This document shows positions 19,958 through 29,344 of a DNA stretch of 64,000 nucleotides, in pieces. Source of the stretch: Syntrophorhabdaceae bacterium (GTDB lineage: Bacteria > Desulfobacterota > Syntrophorhabdia > Syntrophorhabdales > Syntrophorhabdaceae). Every line of letters begins with the position of its first letter. Position 1 is the stretch's first letter. Location of the stretch: contig CAXXUO010000002.1 in assembly GCA_963666485.2 (NCBI GenBank), positions 448,001 to 512,000 on the forward strand. Reading direction: 5' to 3'. The notes under the pieces are model-generated. The model worked only from the letters and a program-made list of their open reading frames with translations, did not search any database and was not told the origin of the DNA. The position numbers and the translations under genes were made by a program.

Positions 19958-22309
19958 ATGGTAATCGGCTTAAAGAACGACAAAAGCATAAAAGACAGGA
20001 TGTTCATACCCGCGGAATTGCCTGTGCTTCCGCTCAGAGGGACCGTGGCTTATCCTGATCTCGTCATGCCCCTTATCGTGGGGCGTGAAAAATCAATACG
20101 TCTTGTCGACGAAGCGATGAGCAAAGACAAGATGATAGCGATCATTACGCAAAAAAATCCCGACATCGAGGAACCCGATGCGGAAGACCTTTACACGGTG
20201 GGGACCGTCGCGACGATCATGAAGATGGTCAAAATGGTCGACGGCAGCCAGAGGGTCGTTATCCAGGGCCTGTGCCGGTGCAAGGTGATCGAGTTCACCG
20301 AATCGGAACCAAACATAAAGGCGAGCATTCTTCCGGTATTCGAGGATTATCAGAAAGATATTGAAATTGATGCAATGTACATCAATTTGAAGAACCTGTA
20401 CCGCAAGGCCATCGAGATGGCGCCTTACCTTTCATCGGAGCTGGCACAGATCGCATCCAAGGTCGAAAACCCGGGCAACCTGGCCGACCTTATCGCATCG
20501 ACGATCAACATATCGGTCATAGAAAAACAGGAGATACTGGAAAAGATCGATCTGAAGGAAAGACTGAAGAAGGCAACCATCTACCTCAACAGGGAAGTTG
20601 AGACGCTCGAACTCTCGAGTAAGATCCAGAGCCATGTCAAAGAGGGTATCGACAAGACCCAGCGCGAATACTACCTGAGGGAGCAGCTCAAGGCGATCCA
20701 GAAGGAACTTGGAGAAAGCGACGACAAGATAAACGAGATAGATGAGCTCAAGAAGAAAATAAAAGAAGCCAAAATGCCCGACGACGTCCGCAAGGTAGCG
20801 GACAAGGAACTGGACAGGCTTTCCAAGATGAGCAGCATGTCCGCGGAATACACCGTTGCCCGGACCTACCTCGACTGGCTGACAGAGCTCCCCTGGTCAA
20901 AGGCCACGGAAGACAACCTTGACATTGACGGGGCATCGACGATCCTCGACGAGGACCACTACGATCTCGAAAAGGTCAAAAAGAGGATACTTGAATACCT
21001 TGCCGTGCGGAAGCTGAAGGCCGATATGAAAGGTCCCATACTCTGTTTCGTCGGGCCTCCGGGCGTCGGGAAGACGTCCCTCGGCAAATCGATCGCCCGT
21101 GCCCTCGGCAGGAAGTTCATGAGGATATCCTTAGGCGGCATACGGGACGAGGCCGAGATACGCGGCCACAGGCGGACATATGTCGGCGCACTGCCCGGCC
21201 GCATCGTCCAGGGGATCAAGAAGGCAGGGTCGAACAACCCGATCTTCATGCTGGACGAGGTCGACAAGATAGGCATGGATTTCCGGGGAGACCCGTCAAG
21301 TGCCCTTCTCGAGGTGCTCGACCCGGAACAGAATTTTTCATTCAGTGACCATTACCTCGAGGTCCCGTTCGACCTCTCGAAGGTCATGTTCATAGCGACA
21401 GCAAATATGCTCGATCCCATACCGCCGGCGTTGAAGGACAGGATGGAGGTCCTGGAACTTCCCGGCTATACCGAGGAAGAAAAATTGATGATCGCGCGCC
21501 AGTTCCTTATCCCGAAAGAACGCTCCGAACACGGCCTCCTGGAGGACCACATCGAGTTTGAGGACGAGGCGCTAAAGGTCGTCATCCGGTCCCATACCCG
21601 GGAATCGGGCGTCCGCAACCTTGAAAGGGAGATTGCCGCCATATGCAGGGCAGTGGCCAAGGACGTCGCACAGGGCAAGACCGGGAAGCAGGTAATAACG
21701 GCCGACAGTATCCATACATTTCTCGGCCCGGTGAAATTCTTCTCCGAGGTCGCCGAGCGGACGAAATATTCCGGCGTAGCCACGGGCCTTGCATGGACCC
21801 CGACAGGCGGGGATATCCTTTTTATAGAGTCTACAAAAATGCGCGGTAAAGGCGGCCTGTCCCTCACAGGACAACTGGGCGACGTCATGAAAGAGTCGGC
21901 CCAGGCGGCGTTGAGCTATATCAGGAGCAAGTACGGCGATTACAAGATCCCGGAGGATTTTTTCGAGAAGAATGACCTGCACGTCCATGTCCCCCAGGGA
22001 GCCATCCCGAAGGATGGACCATCAGCCGGGATAACAATGTTGGTCTCTCTCGTGTCCCTGCTGACCGATAAACCGGTCCGCAATGATGTCGCAATGACCG
22101 GCGAGATCACGCTGCGCGGACTTGTTCTGCCCGTGGGCGGGATAAAGCAGAAGGTCCTCGCCGCACGGCGGGCCGGGATCAAGAACATCGTCCTTCCGAA
22201 GCTTAACGAAAAAGATCTGGAAGAGGTCCCGGAAAGCATAAAAAAAGGCATGGATTTCAAGTTCATCGAAAGGATGGACGAGGCGATAGAGATTTGTATA
22301 GCGAAATGA
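19958..22309 (+). CDS. lon: ATP-dependent Lon protease
   Basis: LON N-domain [30 protein letters not shown]. Confidence 0.98.
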   Translation: MVIGLKNDKSIKDRMFIPAELPVLPLRGTVAYPDLVMPLIVGREKSIRLVDEAMSKDKMIAIITQKNPDIEEPDAEDLYTVGTVATIMKMVKMVDGSQRVVIQGLCRCKVIEFTESEPNIKASILPVFEDYQKDIEIDAMYINLKNLYRKAIEMAPYLSSELAQIASKVENPGNLADLIASTINISVIEKQEILEKIDLKERLKKATIYLNREVETLELSSKIQSHVKEGIDKTQREYYLREQLKAIQKELGESDDKINEIDELKKKIKEAKMPDDVRKVADKELDRLSKMSSMSAEYTVARTYLDWLTELPWSKATEDNLDIDGASTILDEDHYDLEKVKKRILEYLAVRKLKADMKGPILCFVGPPGVGKTSLGKSIARALGRKFMRISLGGIRDEAEIRGHRRTYVGALPGRIVQGIKKAGSNNPIFMLDEVDKIGMDFRGDPSSALLEVLDPEQNFSFSDHYLEVPFDLSKVMFIATANMLDPIPPALKDRMEVLELPGYTEEEKLMIARQFLIPKERSEHGLLEDHIEFEDEALKVVIRSHTRESGVRNLEREIAAICRAVAKDVAQGKTGKQVITADSIHTFLGPVKFFSEVAERTKYSGVATGLAWTPTGGDILFIESTKMRGKGGLSLTGQLGDVMKESAQAALSYIRSKYGDYKIPEDFFEKNDLHVHVPQGAIPKDGPSAGITMLVSLVSLLTDKPVRNDVAMTGEITLRGLVLPVGGIKQKVLAARRAGIKNIVLPKLNEKDLEEVPESIKKGMDFKFIERMDEAIEICIAK

Positions 22310-22661
22310 ACGGCTAACGGCTAACGGCTAACGGCTAACGGCTAACGGCTAACGGCTAACGGCTAACGGCTAACGGCTAACGGCTAACGGCTAACGGCTA
22401 ACGGCTAACGGCTAACGGCTAACGGCTAACGGCTAACGGCTAACGGCTAACGGCTAACGGCTAACGGCTAACGGCTAACGGCTAACGGCTAACGGCTAAC
22501 GGCTAACGGCTAACGGCTAACGGCTAACGGCTAACGGCTAACGGCTAACGGCTAACGGCTAACGGCTAACGGCTAACGGCTAACGGCTAACGGCTAACGG
22601 CTAACGGCTAACGGCTAACGGCTAACGGCTAACGGCTAACGGCTAACGGCTAACGGCTAAC
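22309..22661. repeat. Perfect tandem array of 50 x AACGGCT
   Basis: 22309-22658 is 350 bp in constant phase, then a partial AAC; inverted copies CCGTTAGCCGTTAGCCGT at about 22777-22794. Confidence 0.97.
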
Positions 22662-22682
22662 AAAGAATAGCGAAGATAAAAG

Positions 22683-22712
22683 AAAAGGCAAGCGGAAATG
22701 CTTGCCTTTTTA
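22683..22712. terminator. Bidirectional terminator between lon and the acetolactate decarboxylase gene
   Basis: AAAAGGCAAGC-GGAAAT-GCTTGCCTTTTT. Confidence 0.85.
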
Positions 22713-22798
22713 ATTTTTGTTTGGGTTTTTAATTGAATTTATTTACTCTTTTATCGCCCCAGAACTTTATTCTTTTCCGTTAGCCGTTAGCCGTCCCC

Positions 22799-23584
22799 CT
22801 ATTTTTCCACCGCCTTCAACTGCACACTCCTGTCCTTCTCCAGATCAACCTTATCGAAATCGTAGTCATCAGGCAAGATGAGGAAGAGTTCCCGTGTGTC
22901 GTCAAATTCTGCGGTGACATCACTGGCGACAAAATCGAGGATGTGACCACCGGCTTTTTTGTCGGCTGTAATAAAGTGAAGGTGATATCCGGTGATGCTT
23001 ATACCCTTGAAATAGTGGGGGGACCAGAAACCTACCACGGTTCCCGTGACATTCTTGAACTCAAATACCGGCTGGGTCCTGGCTATTTCGTCGAGCGGCC
23101 GGTACGGCTTCGTCTGGGAAGGCACGCTCCGGGTCTTTACGGACCGAAAAGTCCCTGTCATTTTTACCGCGTAAAAGATATTCCTCGACGGGAACCCTTT
23201 TTCCGTGCTGTCAGAAAATTGCTGAAAGGTCGAACCTTCCTTGAGCTTTAAGGTCCTGTCTGCCGTGAAAAAGGTAACGGACGCGAAAGGTGTTTTCGTG
23301 CTGAGATCCGGCTTCGCAACCGATCCATTTGCGGATACCTGGTAAAAAACACCGTCGAGCAGGATCAACTCCCCATCGAGCCTGTCGAGAGTGCCTGTGC
23401 CGAAATCACCATTTTTGCGTAATTCGCCGAGTGTGGTGATGCCATCGTATAGACCCGCCATCAGGGCATCGATCGTTGAGATCTGGGTGATCGTTTCGTC
23501 TGATGCGAAACAAATAGATACAGACAAAAGCACAAGGAATGCTGCAATGAACGGTCTAACCCTGGAAAACGCCATATCATTCAC
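22799..23584 (-). CDS. budA: Alpha-acetolactate decarboxylase, with signal peptide
   Basis: QISTIDALMAGLYDG, GDFGTGT, LDGE, TRSVP, GYHLHF, GGH. Confidence 0.92.
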   Translation of the reverse strand: MNDMAFSRVRPFIAAFLVLLSVSICFASDETITQISTIDALMAGLYDGITTLGELRKNGDFGTGTLDRLDGELILLDGVFYQVSANGSVAKPDLSTKTPFASVTFFTADRTLKLKEGSTFQQFSDSTEKGFPSRNIFYAVKMTGTFRSVKTRSVPSQTKPYRPLDEIARTQPVFEFKNVTGTVVGFWSPHYFKGISITGYHLHFITADKKAGGHILDFVASDVTAEFDDTRELFLILPDDYDFDKVDLEKDRSVQLKAVEK

Positions 23585-23592
23585 CTCTTTGT

Positions 23593-23928
23593 TCAGGGTG
23601 CCAGCAGCACCTGTTCGCCGAACTCTTTCTTCAACTCGGCGGAAAGACCATCGGCCTTATCCTTGGATTCGAACTCGACCATGAGCTCCCCGCCCTGCCC
23701 TACCACGATGCGGCCGTACTTTTTGACGACACGGGCCACGTCTTCAGGCTCCACGGTCCACCAGCCCCGGGTGCGCTTGAGCAACTCTTCCCCTTTGAGT
23801 TTCTGGGGAGTCACGAGGTCAATGGAACGAAACCAGGCACTCCAGCCTATCTGGGCCGGTTCCTTCATAACAGGGGTCACCGGGTCATGGTAGATCCTGC
23901 AGCGCCCGAAAAGCCGAAGGCGGATCAT
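23593..23928 (-). CDS. Hypothetical protein
   Basis: ATGA-coupled to the upstream ORF; plausible composition. Confidence 0.65.
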   Translation of the reverse strand: MIRLRLFGRCRIYHDPVTPVMKEPAQIGWSAWFRSIDLVTPQKLKGEELLKRTRGWWTVEPEDVARVVKKYGRIVVGQGGELMVEFESKDKADGLSAELKKEFGEQVLLAP

Positions 23929-24263
23929 GCGAGAACCTCGTCAACCAGTTTCCCGATATCGTTTTTTCCTGCCAGAAGATCCTCGGGCACCGTAAAGCCG
24001 GATTGTGCCAGGGCCCGTCCGAGACATACCAGGTAAATGTCCGCAGCAATGTCATCGGCGGCGGCATTCGTGCGTTCAAGGATAGCGATCCACGATCTTT
24101 CGAATAATCTCAGGGCATGCTCCCGTACGCGCCGGAGCCGCTCATCGGCCGGCGATATGTTCGCCGATCCAAGAAATTCATTCTGGGCCTCTTCGAGCGA
24201 CGCAAATATCCCGCGCATGTACCGGACCTGCGGATCACGGCCAAACGTGTCGACATCTGTCAT
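23925..24263 (-). CDS. Hypothetical protein
   Basis: RBS AGGA, operon-like arrangement with the next two genes. Confidence 0.65.
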   Translation of the reverse strand: MTDVDTFGRDPQVRYMRGIFASLEEAQNEFLGSANISPADERLRRVREHALRLFERSWIAILERTNAAADDIAADIYLVCLGRALAQSGFTVPEDLLAGKNDIGKLVDEVLA

Positions 24264-24379
24264 GCTCGTCCTGCCATAGACGAGATACGATTACACATGG
24301 TTTATACAATAATAAAATGCCCGGACCGTGTCAATTTTTTCTCTTTACAAGAGCACCCGGCTGGTCCCATACTTTTTCT

Positions 24380-24961
24380 ATGAAAAGAGTATTGCCTGTT
24401 ATATTAGGAGTATCGATCTTATTTTTCTTTTTCGGGACTTTCTGCGGCTTAAGCGCAGAGACGAGATCTACCGACATGTTCCTTCTTTCGTTCGGAAAGG
24501 GGAAGGTCGAGGTCCGGCTTTATTCGGACTATTTCTGCAGCGCATGCAAGGCAGTCGAGCCGAACATTGAATACCTCCTTGCAGACCTCGTTAAACGCAA
24601 TGTGATAACGATCACATTTATCGATACCCCGCTGCATAAGGAATCTGCCCTGTATGACCGCTATTTTCTGTATATCTTGAACGCAAGGAAAGAGATCAGC
24701 CATGCCCTCAAAGCGCGCTCGGTGCTCTTTGAAGCCGCACAACAGAATATCACAGACAAGGAGAAACTCGAGGCCCGCCTGGCTTCAAAAGGAATACGAT
24801 TTAAAGCCTTCGATGCCCGGCCTGTATTTACGACTCTTCAACAATACCTGACGGCTGACCGGATACGCGCCACTCCAACATGCGTCGTGATAAGCGGCGA
24901 TAAGAAGGATTTCTACCAGGGAGGGCCTAACATCACCCGGGCCCTGGAAAGCCTGAAGTAA
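24380..24961 (+). CDS. Exported thioredoxin/DsbA-fold protein
   Basis: Signal peptide, YSDYFCSAC (CxxC), cis-Pro motif RATPT. Confidence 0.8.
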   Translation: MKRVLPVILGVSILFFFFGTFCGLSAETRSTDMFLLSFGKGKVEVRLYSDYFCSACKAVEPNIEYLLADLVKRNVITITFIDTPLHKESALYDRYFLYILNARKEISHALKARSVLFEAAQQNITDKEKLEARLASKGIRFKAFDARPVFTTLQQYLTADRIRATPTCVVISGDKKDFYQGGPNITRALESLK

Positions 24962-24978
24962 GGCACAAGGAGTGAATT

Positions 24979-25389
24979 TTGGAAAATTCCGATACTATCG
25001 AGAAAGAGCTTCTTGCCGGTGTGCATACGATCGCGATCGTCGGGTTGTCGCCCGACCAGGAAAAAGCGAGCAATATTGTGGCAAATTACCTGATAGCGAA
25101 CGATTACGAGGTCATCCCCGTGAATCCCGGCCATGAGCAGATACTTGGCCGGAGGTCATATCCCTCCTTGAGTGACATACCGCACAAAGTGGACATCGTC
25201 GATATCTTTATGAGGTCCGAAAAGGTCCTGCCCGTTGTAATAGAGGCGGTCAAGATCAAGCCGAAGGCCATCTGGCTTCAACTCGGAATTATCGACAATG
25301 AAGCGAGGGACCTCGCTGAATCGAATAATATTCTTTTTTATATGGACCTGTGCATCAAGCAGGAGCATGCGCGGTTATTCAAGGCCTGA
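24979..25389 (+). CDS. CoA-binding protein (YccU-like)
   Basis: IAIVGLS, PVNP, VDIVDIF, WLQLG, MDLC. Confidence 0.9.
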   Translation: MENSDTIEKELLAGVHTIAIVGLSPDQEKASNIVANYLIANDYEVIPVNPGHEQILGRRSYPSLSDIPHKVDIVDIFMRSEKVLPVVIEAVKIKPKAIWLQLGIIDNEARDLAESNNILFYMDLCIKQEHARLFKA

Positions 25390-25858
25390 AGCCGCGTATT
25401 GAAGGGTTGGGGCAAGGGTTTGGGTACCCCTGCCCCTGGCTGGGTACTGCAGGGTGAGCCCTTTCACAGGAAGGGTCCTGGATCAGGCCGGGACTCATCA
25501 TGTGATCCTCGGGACTCTCATATACATAAATCCTCTTATGCGTACCTATCACATGCAGGAATTCTTGCTTCTCGCTCTGAAGCGTGAGGGAGGAACGGCC
25601 ACTGTTATTCATCACGGCAAACTGCAGAATAAATGTGCGCTGCGCATCTCGTGTACCTACATCAATGTCCAGCACAATATCTTCTCGTAATGAAGGGACA
25701 CGTCGAACGTAGCGCGCCGCCGACTGACCTGCGTTTATGATCGCGTATAAGAACGTGTAATCTCGTGAAAGAGAAGCCGTACGAAAATGATCGTAGAGCT
25801 CATAATTGGACAGGTACGAAAAACCTGATATGATTACCGCCTCTGCCGTTTGCATCAT
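25379..25858 (-). CDS. Hypothetical protein (uncertain)
   Basis: Longest ORF in the gap; no recognisable motif. Confidence 0.35.
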   Translation of the reverse strand: MMQTAEAVIISGFSYLSNYELYDHFRTASLSRDYTFLYAIINAGQSAARYVRRVPSLREDIVLDIDVGTRDAQRTFILQFAVMNNSGRSSLTLQSEKQEFLHVIGTHKRIYVYESPEDHMMSPGLIQDPSCERAHPAVPSQGQGYPNPCPNPSIRGFRP

Positions 25859-25945
25859 CGATAGAGCTTAACATCCGGGCGGGGATGGGACTATATTTCA
25901 TTTATTCAGGCAATGTGCTGGTAAGAATCTGGTGTATCAGGACCG

Positions 25946-28786
25946 TCAATCTTCTTTCCATACGCCGGTCCAATCGGAAGGCGGAGGGTTCTTGATAAAG
26001 GTATTGCATCGTTCCCAGAAGATGCGGCACACCTGATCTCTATCCAGTTGTGTGCAGAAGATGTCTCGTGCCCCGAGGAAGTCCCGTTTCCGGTAAAGAT
26101 CGAAACCCTGGTCGAAGATCTGTTCATGTTCGGCCAGACGATAATTTTTCTCGCCTAACACTTCGTATATTTTGACGGGTTTCATCTTTCCCTTGAAAAT
26201 AACGACATCAAGGAGCCGGGTTGTGAAGGAATCACCAATTTCTTCCTTCGTGGATTCGCTGATGAGGATCTTTGTACCGTACTGTTTATTCCTTTTTTCA
26301 AGATATGCCGAAATATTCACGTCGTCGCCAATCACGGTGTAATCCATACGCTGCTCAGAACCTATATTTCCGGAAAGGACCTCGCCCGTCGATATCCCGA
26401 TCCCGATCCTCACCCGTTCCTTCCCCTGAGCTGATCGCCAGCTGTTAAATTTATCAAGTACCGCATGCATATCAAGCGCACTCTTGACAGCCCTTGCAGC
26501 ATCATCATCCCGTTCGTACGGGACACCAAACACCGCCATTATGGCGTCCCCGATATATTTATCAAGGACAGCATCATATTTGAAAAGGATCTCCGACAGG
26601 AGGCTGAAACACTCGTTGATAAAATCCACGGTCTGGACAGCCGTTAATTTTTCGGTCAATGCCGTGAATCCGCGTATATCCGAAAAGAGAACGGTTACCT
26701 TGTTTCGTGTACCGCCAAGCTTTTGCCGGTCCTGATCATTGAGGACCTTATCGACAACCGCCTTTGACATGTACCGTGTCAGGGTGCTCTTAAGCCGTCT
26801 TTCTTCCGTGATGTTCTCAACAACAAGCACGGTCCCGTCATATTCATTTGCTTCATTGAAAAGAGGGACCCCGTTGACGTTGACTATATGCTGCTTTCCG
26901 TTGGGGATCACAAGCGGCATATTAAATTCGACAAAAGATAATTTTGATCCCGCAACGCCCCGTATCGCATCGGCGAAAGACTTGTTCGCCCCTCCGAGCA
27001 AGTCGAAAAAGTCCGTACCCTTCAATGTTCCTTCATTCAGCTGAAAAAGCGAGTAGAATGCGCGGTTCGCCGTTACCAGCCGGAAATCTGCGTCAAGACT
27101 GACCAACGAGTTCGATATGCTCTGCTGAACATTATCGAGATAGTTTCGCATCGTGACGACCTGGTCGAAAAGCGTCGCATTCTCCAGGGCCATCGAAATC
27201 TGCGATGACAAAGCCTGGAGCAATTCCTGGTCATCATCGGTAAACTCACCGCCGCGCTTGTTCATCACCTGTGTCACACCGACTATCTCTGCAAACCTGT
27301 TCAAGACGGGAACGCACAGCATGTTGCGCGTGCTGAAACCCGTCTGCTGGTCGAAAGCCGGGTTGAAGTGCGGGTCTTCGTAGACATTGTTGATCTTACG
27401 CCCTTTGCCGGTTGTCACGACATCACCCGCGATCCCCATCGATACGGGGAAACGGATCTCCGATATTTCCAGGTCCTGTGCCGCTTTCGACCAGAGCTCG
27501 TTTGTTGCTTTGTTCAGGAGAAACAAAGATGCTCGTTCTGAATTCAATATCTGGGATATCTTGCTCACCAGGTTCGGGATGAGGGTTTTAAGGTCCATGG
27601 TCTGGGCAGCGACATTGGAAATATCGAGCAATATGCTGACCTTTTCATAATTGGACATGACCTTTTTCGACAGGTAGAAATTGTCGAGAGAGATCGCGAT
27701 CTGCTGAGACAGGATGCGAAAGACCTTTTCGTCCTGTTCGGAGAACTGGGCTATTTTTTTGTTTATTATCTGAACAACGCCGAGAAGTTCCCCTTCAAGA
27801 TTTATAACCGGGCCGCACAGGATGGACCTGGTACGGTAGCCCGTTCTCTTGTCGACCTCCGGATTGAACCTGTCATCGCTGTATGCGTCTTCGATGTTTA
27901 ATATTGTCTTGTTCTGGGCCACCCATCCGGCTATTCCCTTGTCGATCGGTATCCTGATCTCGCGCGTCTCCGACCCTTCGGCGACACGTGACCAGAGCTG
28001 TCCTGCAGCCTTGTCCACAAGGAACAGGCTCGCCCTCTCGGCCTCCATGATCTTGCTGGCCATTGTTACATTCTTTACGAGAAGTTCCTCAATGGTAATC
28101 CGCAGATCGAAAAGCTCCGACAAATTGAGGAAGCTCTGGTAGCTTTTCAGTGCTCTTTCCGCTTCGCGCGATTTATTTAATATCTCTCCGACGTGCAGAT
28201 TGCTGCGCTGCAGGTGCTCCAGGAAATTTACGGCAAGTATCGGGATCTTTTTGAAGGCTTTTTTCAGATCGCTGTATTTTATTTGCAGAAGATGCATCCT
28301 GGTGACCGACCTGACGGAGGAAGATCGTTTCCCGTCAAAAAAATAATCGATCTCCCCGATAATGTCTCCCGGCTCTATCGCACCGAGGTCCATCCTGCCG
28401 GCAACATCATCCGTCCAGTACGCCCGGGCGGTACCGTCCAACAATATGTAAAGGTGATCACCCGACCCGTCCTGCGAGACAAATTCCACGTCTTCGCGGA
28501 TAAAAACTGCTTCTATCATCGAGGAAAGGACCTTCAGGCCCCGGACAGGGATCGAAGCGAAAACGGGTAGAAGCTTCATGATATCGACCTTCTGTCGATC
28601 GAGGGCCCCCTGAAGGTCCTCGGCCGAAACCTTTCCGGTCTCGATCAATATCTCACCGGACAATTTGAAGATATCGCGGTCCCGGAGGGCTTTCTGCAAT
28701 TCCAGGACTTCTTCGATGTTCTTTTTTTTGAGAGACAGATACCCGCCGATCTTCCTGCGGTCAGTTGAACGAGGCTTTCCTGGCAT
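25946..28786 (-). CDS. Class III adenylate cyclase with MshEN-like, cNMP-binding, tandem GAF and PAS domains
   Basis: KIG..L...LELQ / LSGEILIETG...ALDRQ; GDIIGEI..RSSSV; two GAFs (D.RFN..VD..TGY.TR); LFSDIRGFT, DKYIGDAIM, DYTVIGDDVN. Confidence 0.9.
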   Translation of the reverse strand: MPGKPRSTDRRKIGGYLSLKKKNIEEVLELQKALRDRDIFKLSGEILIETGKVSAEDLQGALDRQKVDIMKLLPVFASIPVRGLKVLSSMIEAVFIREDVEFVSQDGSGDHLYILLDGTARAYWTDDVAGRMDLGAIEPGDIIGEIDYFFDGKRSSSVRSVTRMHLLQIKYSDLKKAFKKIPILAVNFLEHLQRSNLHVGEILNKSREAERALKSYQSFLNLSELFDLRITIEELLVKNVTMASKIMEAERASLFLVDKAAGQLWSRVAEGSETREIRIPIDKGIAGWVAQNKTILNIEDAYSDDRFNPEVDKRTGYRTRSILCGPVINLEGELLGVVQIINKKIAQFSEQDEKVFRILSQQIAISLDNFYLSKKVMSNYEKVSILLDISNVAAQTMDLKTLIPNLVSKISQILNSERASLFLLNKATNELWSKAAQDLEISEIRFPVSMGIAGDVVTTGKGRKINNVYEDPHFNPAFDQQTGFSTRNMLCVPVLNRFAEIVGVTQVMNKRGGEFTDDDQELLQALSSQISMALENATLFDQVVTMRNYLDNVQQSISNSLVSLDADFRLVTANRAFYSLFQLNEGTLKGTDFFDLLGGANKSFADAIRGVAGSKLSFVEFNMPLVIPNGKQHIVNVNGVPLFNEANEYDGTVLVVENITEERRLKSTLTRYMSKAVVDKVLNDQDRQKLGGTRNKVTVLFSDIRGFTALTEKLTAVQTVDFINECFSLLSEILFKYDAVLDKYIGDAIMAVFGVPYERDDDAARAVKSALDMHAVLDKFNSWRSAQGKERVRIGIGISTGEVLSGNIGSEQRMDYTVIGDDVNISAYLEKRNKQYGTKILISESTKEEIGDSFTTRLLDVVIFKGKMKPVKIYEVLGEKNYRLAEHEQIFDQGFDLYRKRDFLGARDIFCTQLDRDQVCRIFWERCNTFIKNPPPSDWTGVWKED

Positions 28787-28909
28787 TACGATTTCTCCTG
28801 GATGAAAAGTCTTCTTGCCCGTACAGCTTGTCAGGATTTGATAGATACTAATAAAAATTTACATTTTAATCAATTTATTTCACATCTTATCGTATAGAAG
28901 GAGGAAATC

Positions 28910-29344
28910 TCATCTGGCAAGCTTTTTCTTGGTTTCTTCCACCTCGATGTCGGCTTCTTTCGACCGTTCGATCACGGACAGGACCCCTACCCATGTCTTC
29001 GACTGCGCAACGAGCGTGCTCTCGGGATATTCCCTGATGATCCTCTGGAACATGGCCCTTGATCTCCGGTAATCTTTCCGCGGGTTCTTCTGAGTGGCAT
29101 AGATAAGCCCCATATTGAACAGGGCCTGATCGGCCGGGGCCTTGTGATCGGAACGAACAAGAATGCTCTGGTTTAATTTAAGGCTGTTCTCGAATTCCCC
29201 CCGCGCATAGAGATTGGCGGCACTTTGAAGATCGGCCGAGAATGTGTCGGTTTTGACGGTTGCACATCCCAGGAACCCGGAAACGATCAATGCCGCAAGA
29301 ATACAGTGAATGTGCTTCCTTTTCCCGGTTCGCTTTCGACCCAA
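28910..29344 (-). CDS. TPR lipoprotein (QseG/YfhG-like partner of the kinase)
   Basis: Lipobox FLGC, ALFNMGLIY, IIREYPES; overlaps the 3' end of the kinase gene. Confidence 0.75.
   Translation of the reverse strand: MGRKRTGKRKHIHCILAALIVSGFLGCATVKTDTFSADLQSAANLYARGEFENSLKLNQSILVRSDHKAPADQALFNMGLIYATQKNPRKDYRRSRAMFQRIIREYPESTLVAQSKTWVGVLSVIERSKEADIEVEETKKKLAR

Noticed and set aside
22309..22661. Possible CRISPR array
   Set aside because: Pure 7-bp tandem repeat with no spacers; no cas genes in the window.
25705..25730. attR-like duplicate of the tRNA-Arg 3' end
   Set aside because: Only a short GC-rich partial match (gcgcgcc), expected by chance; no integrase nearby.
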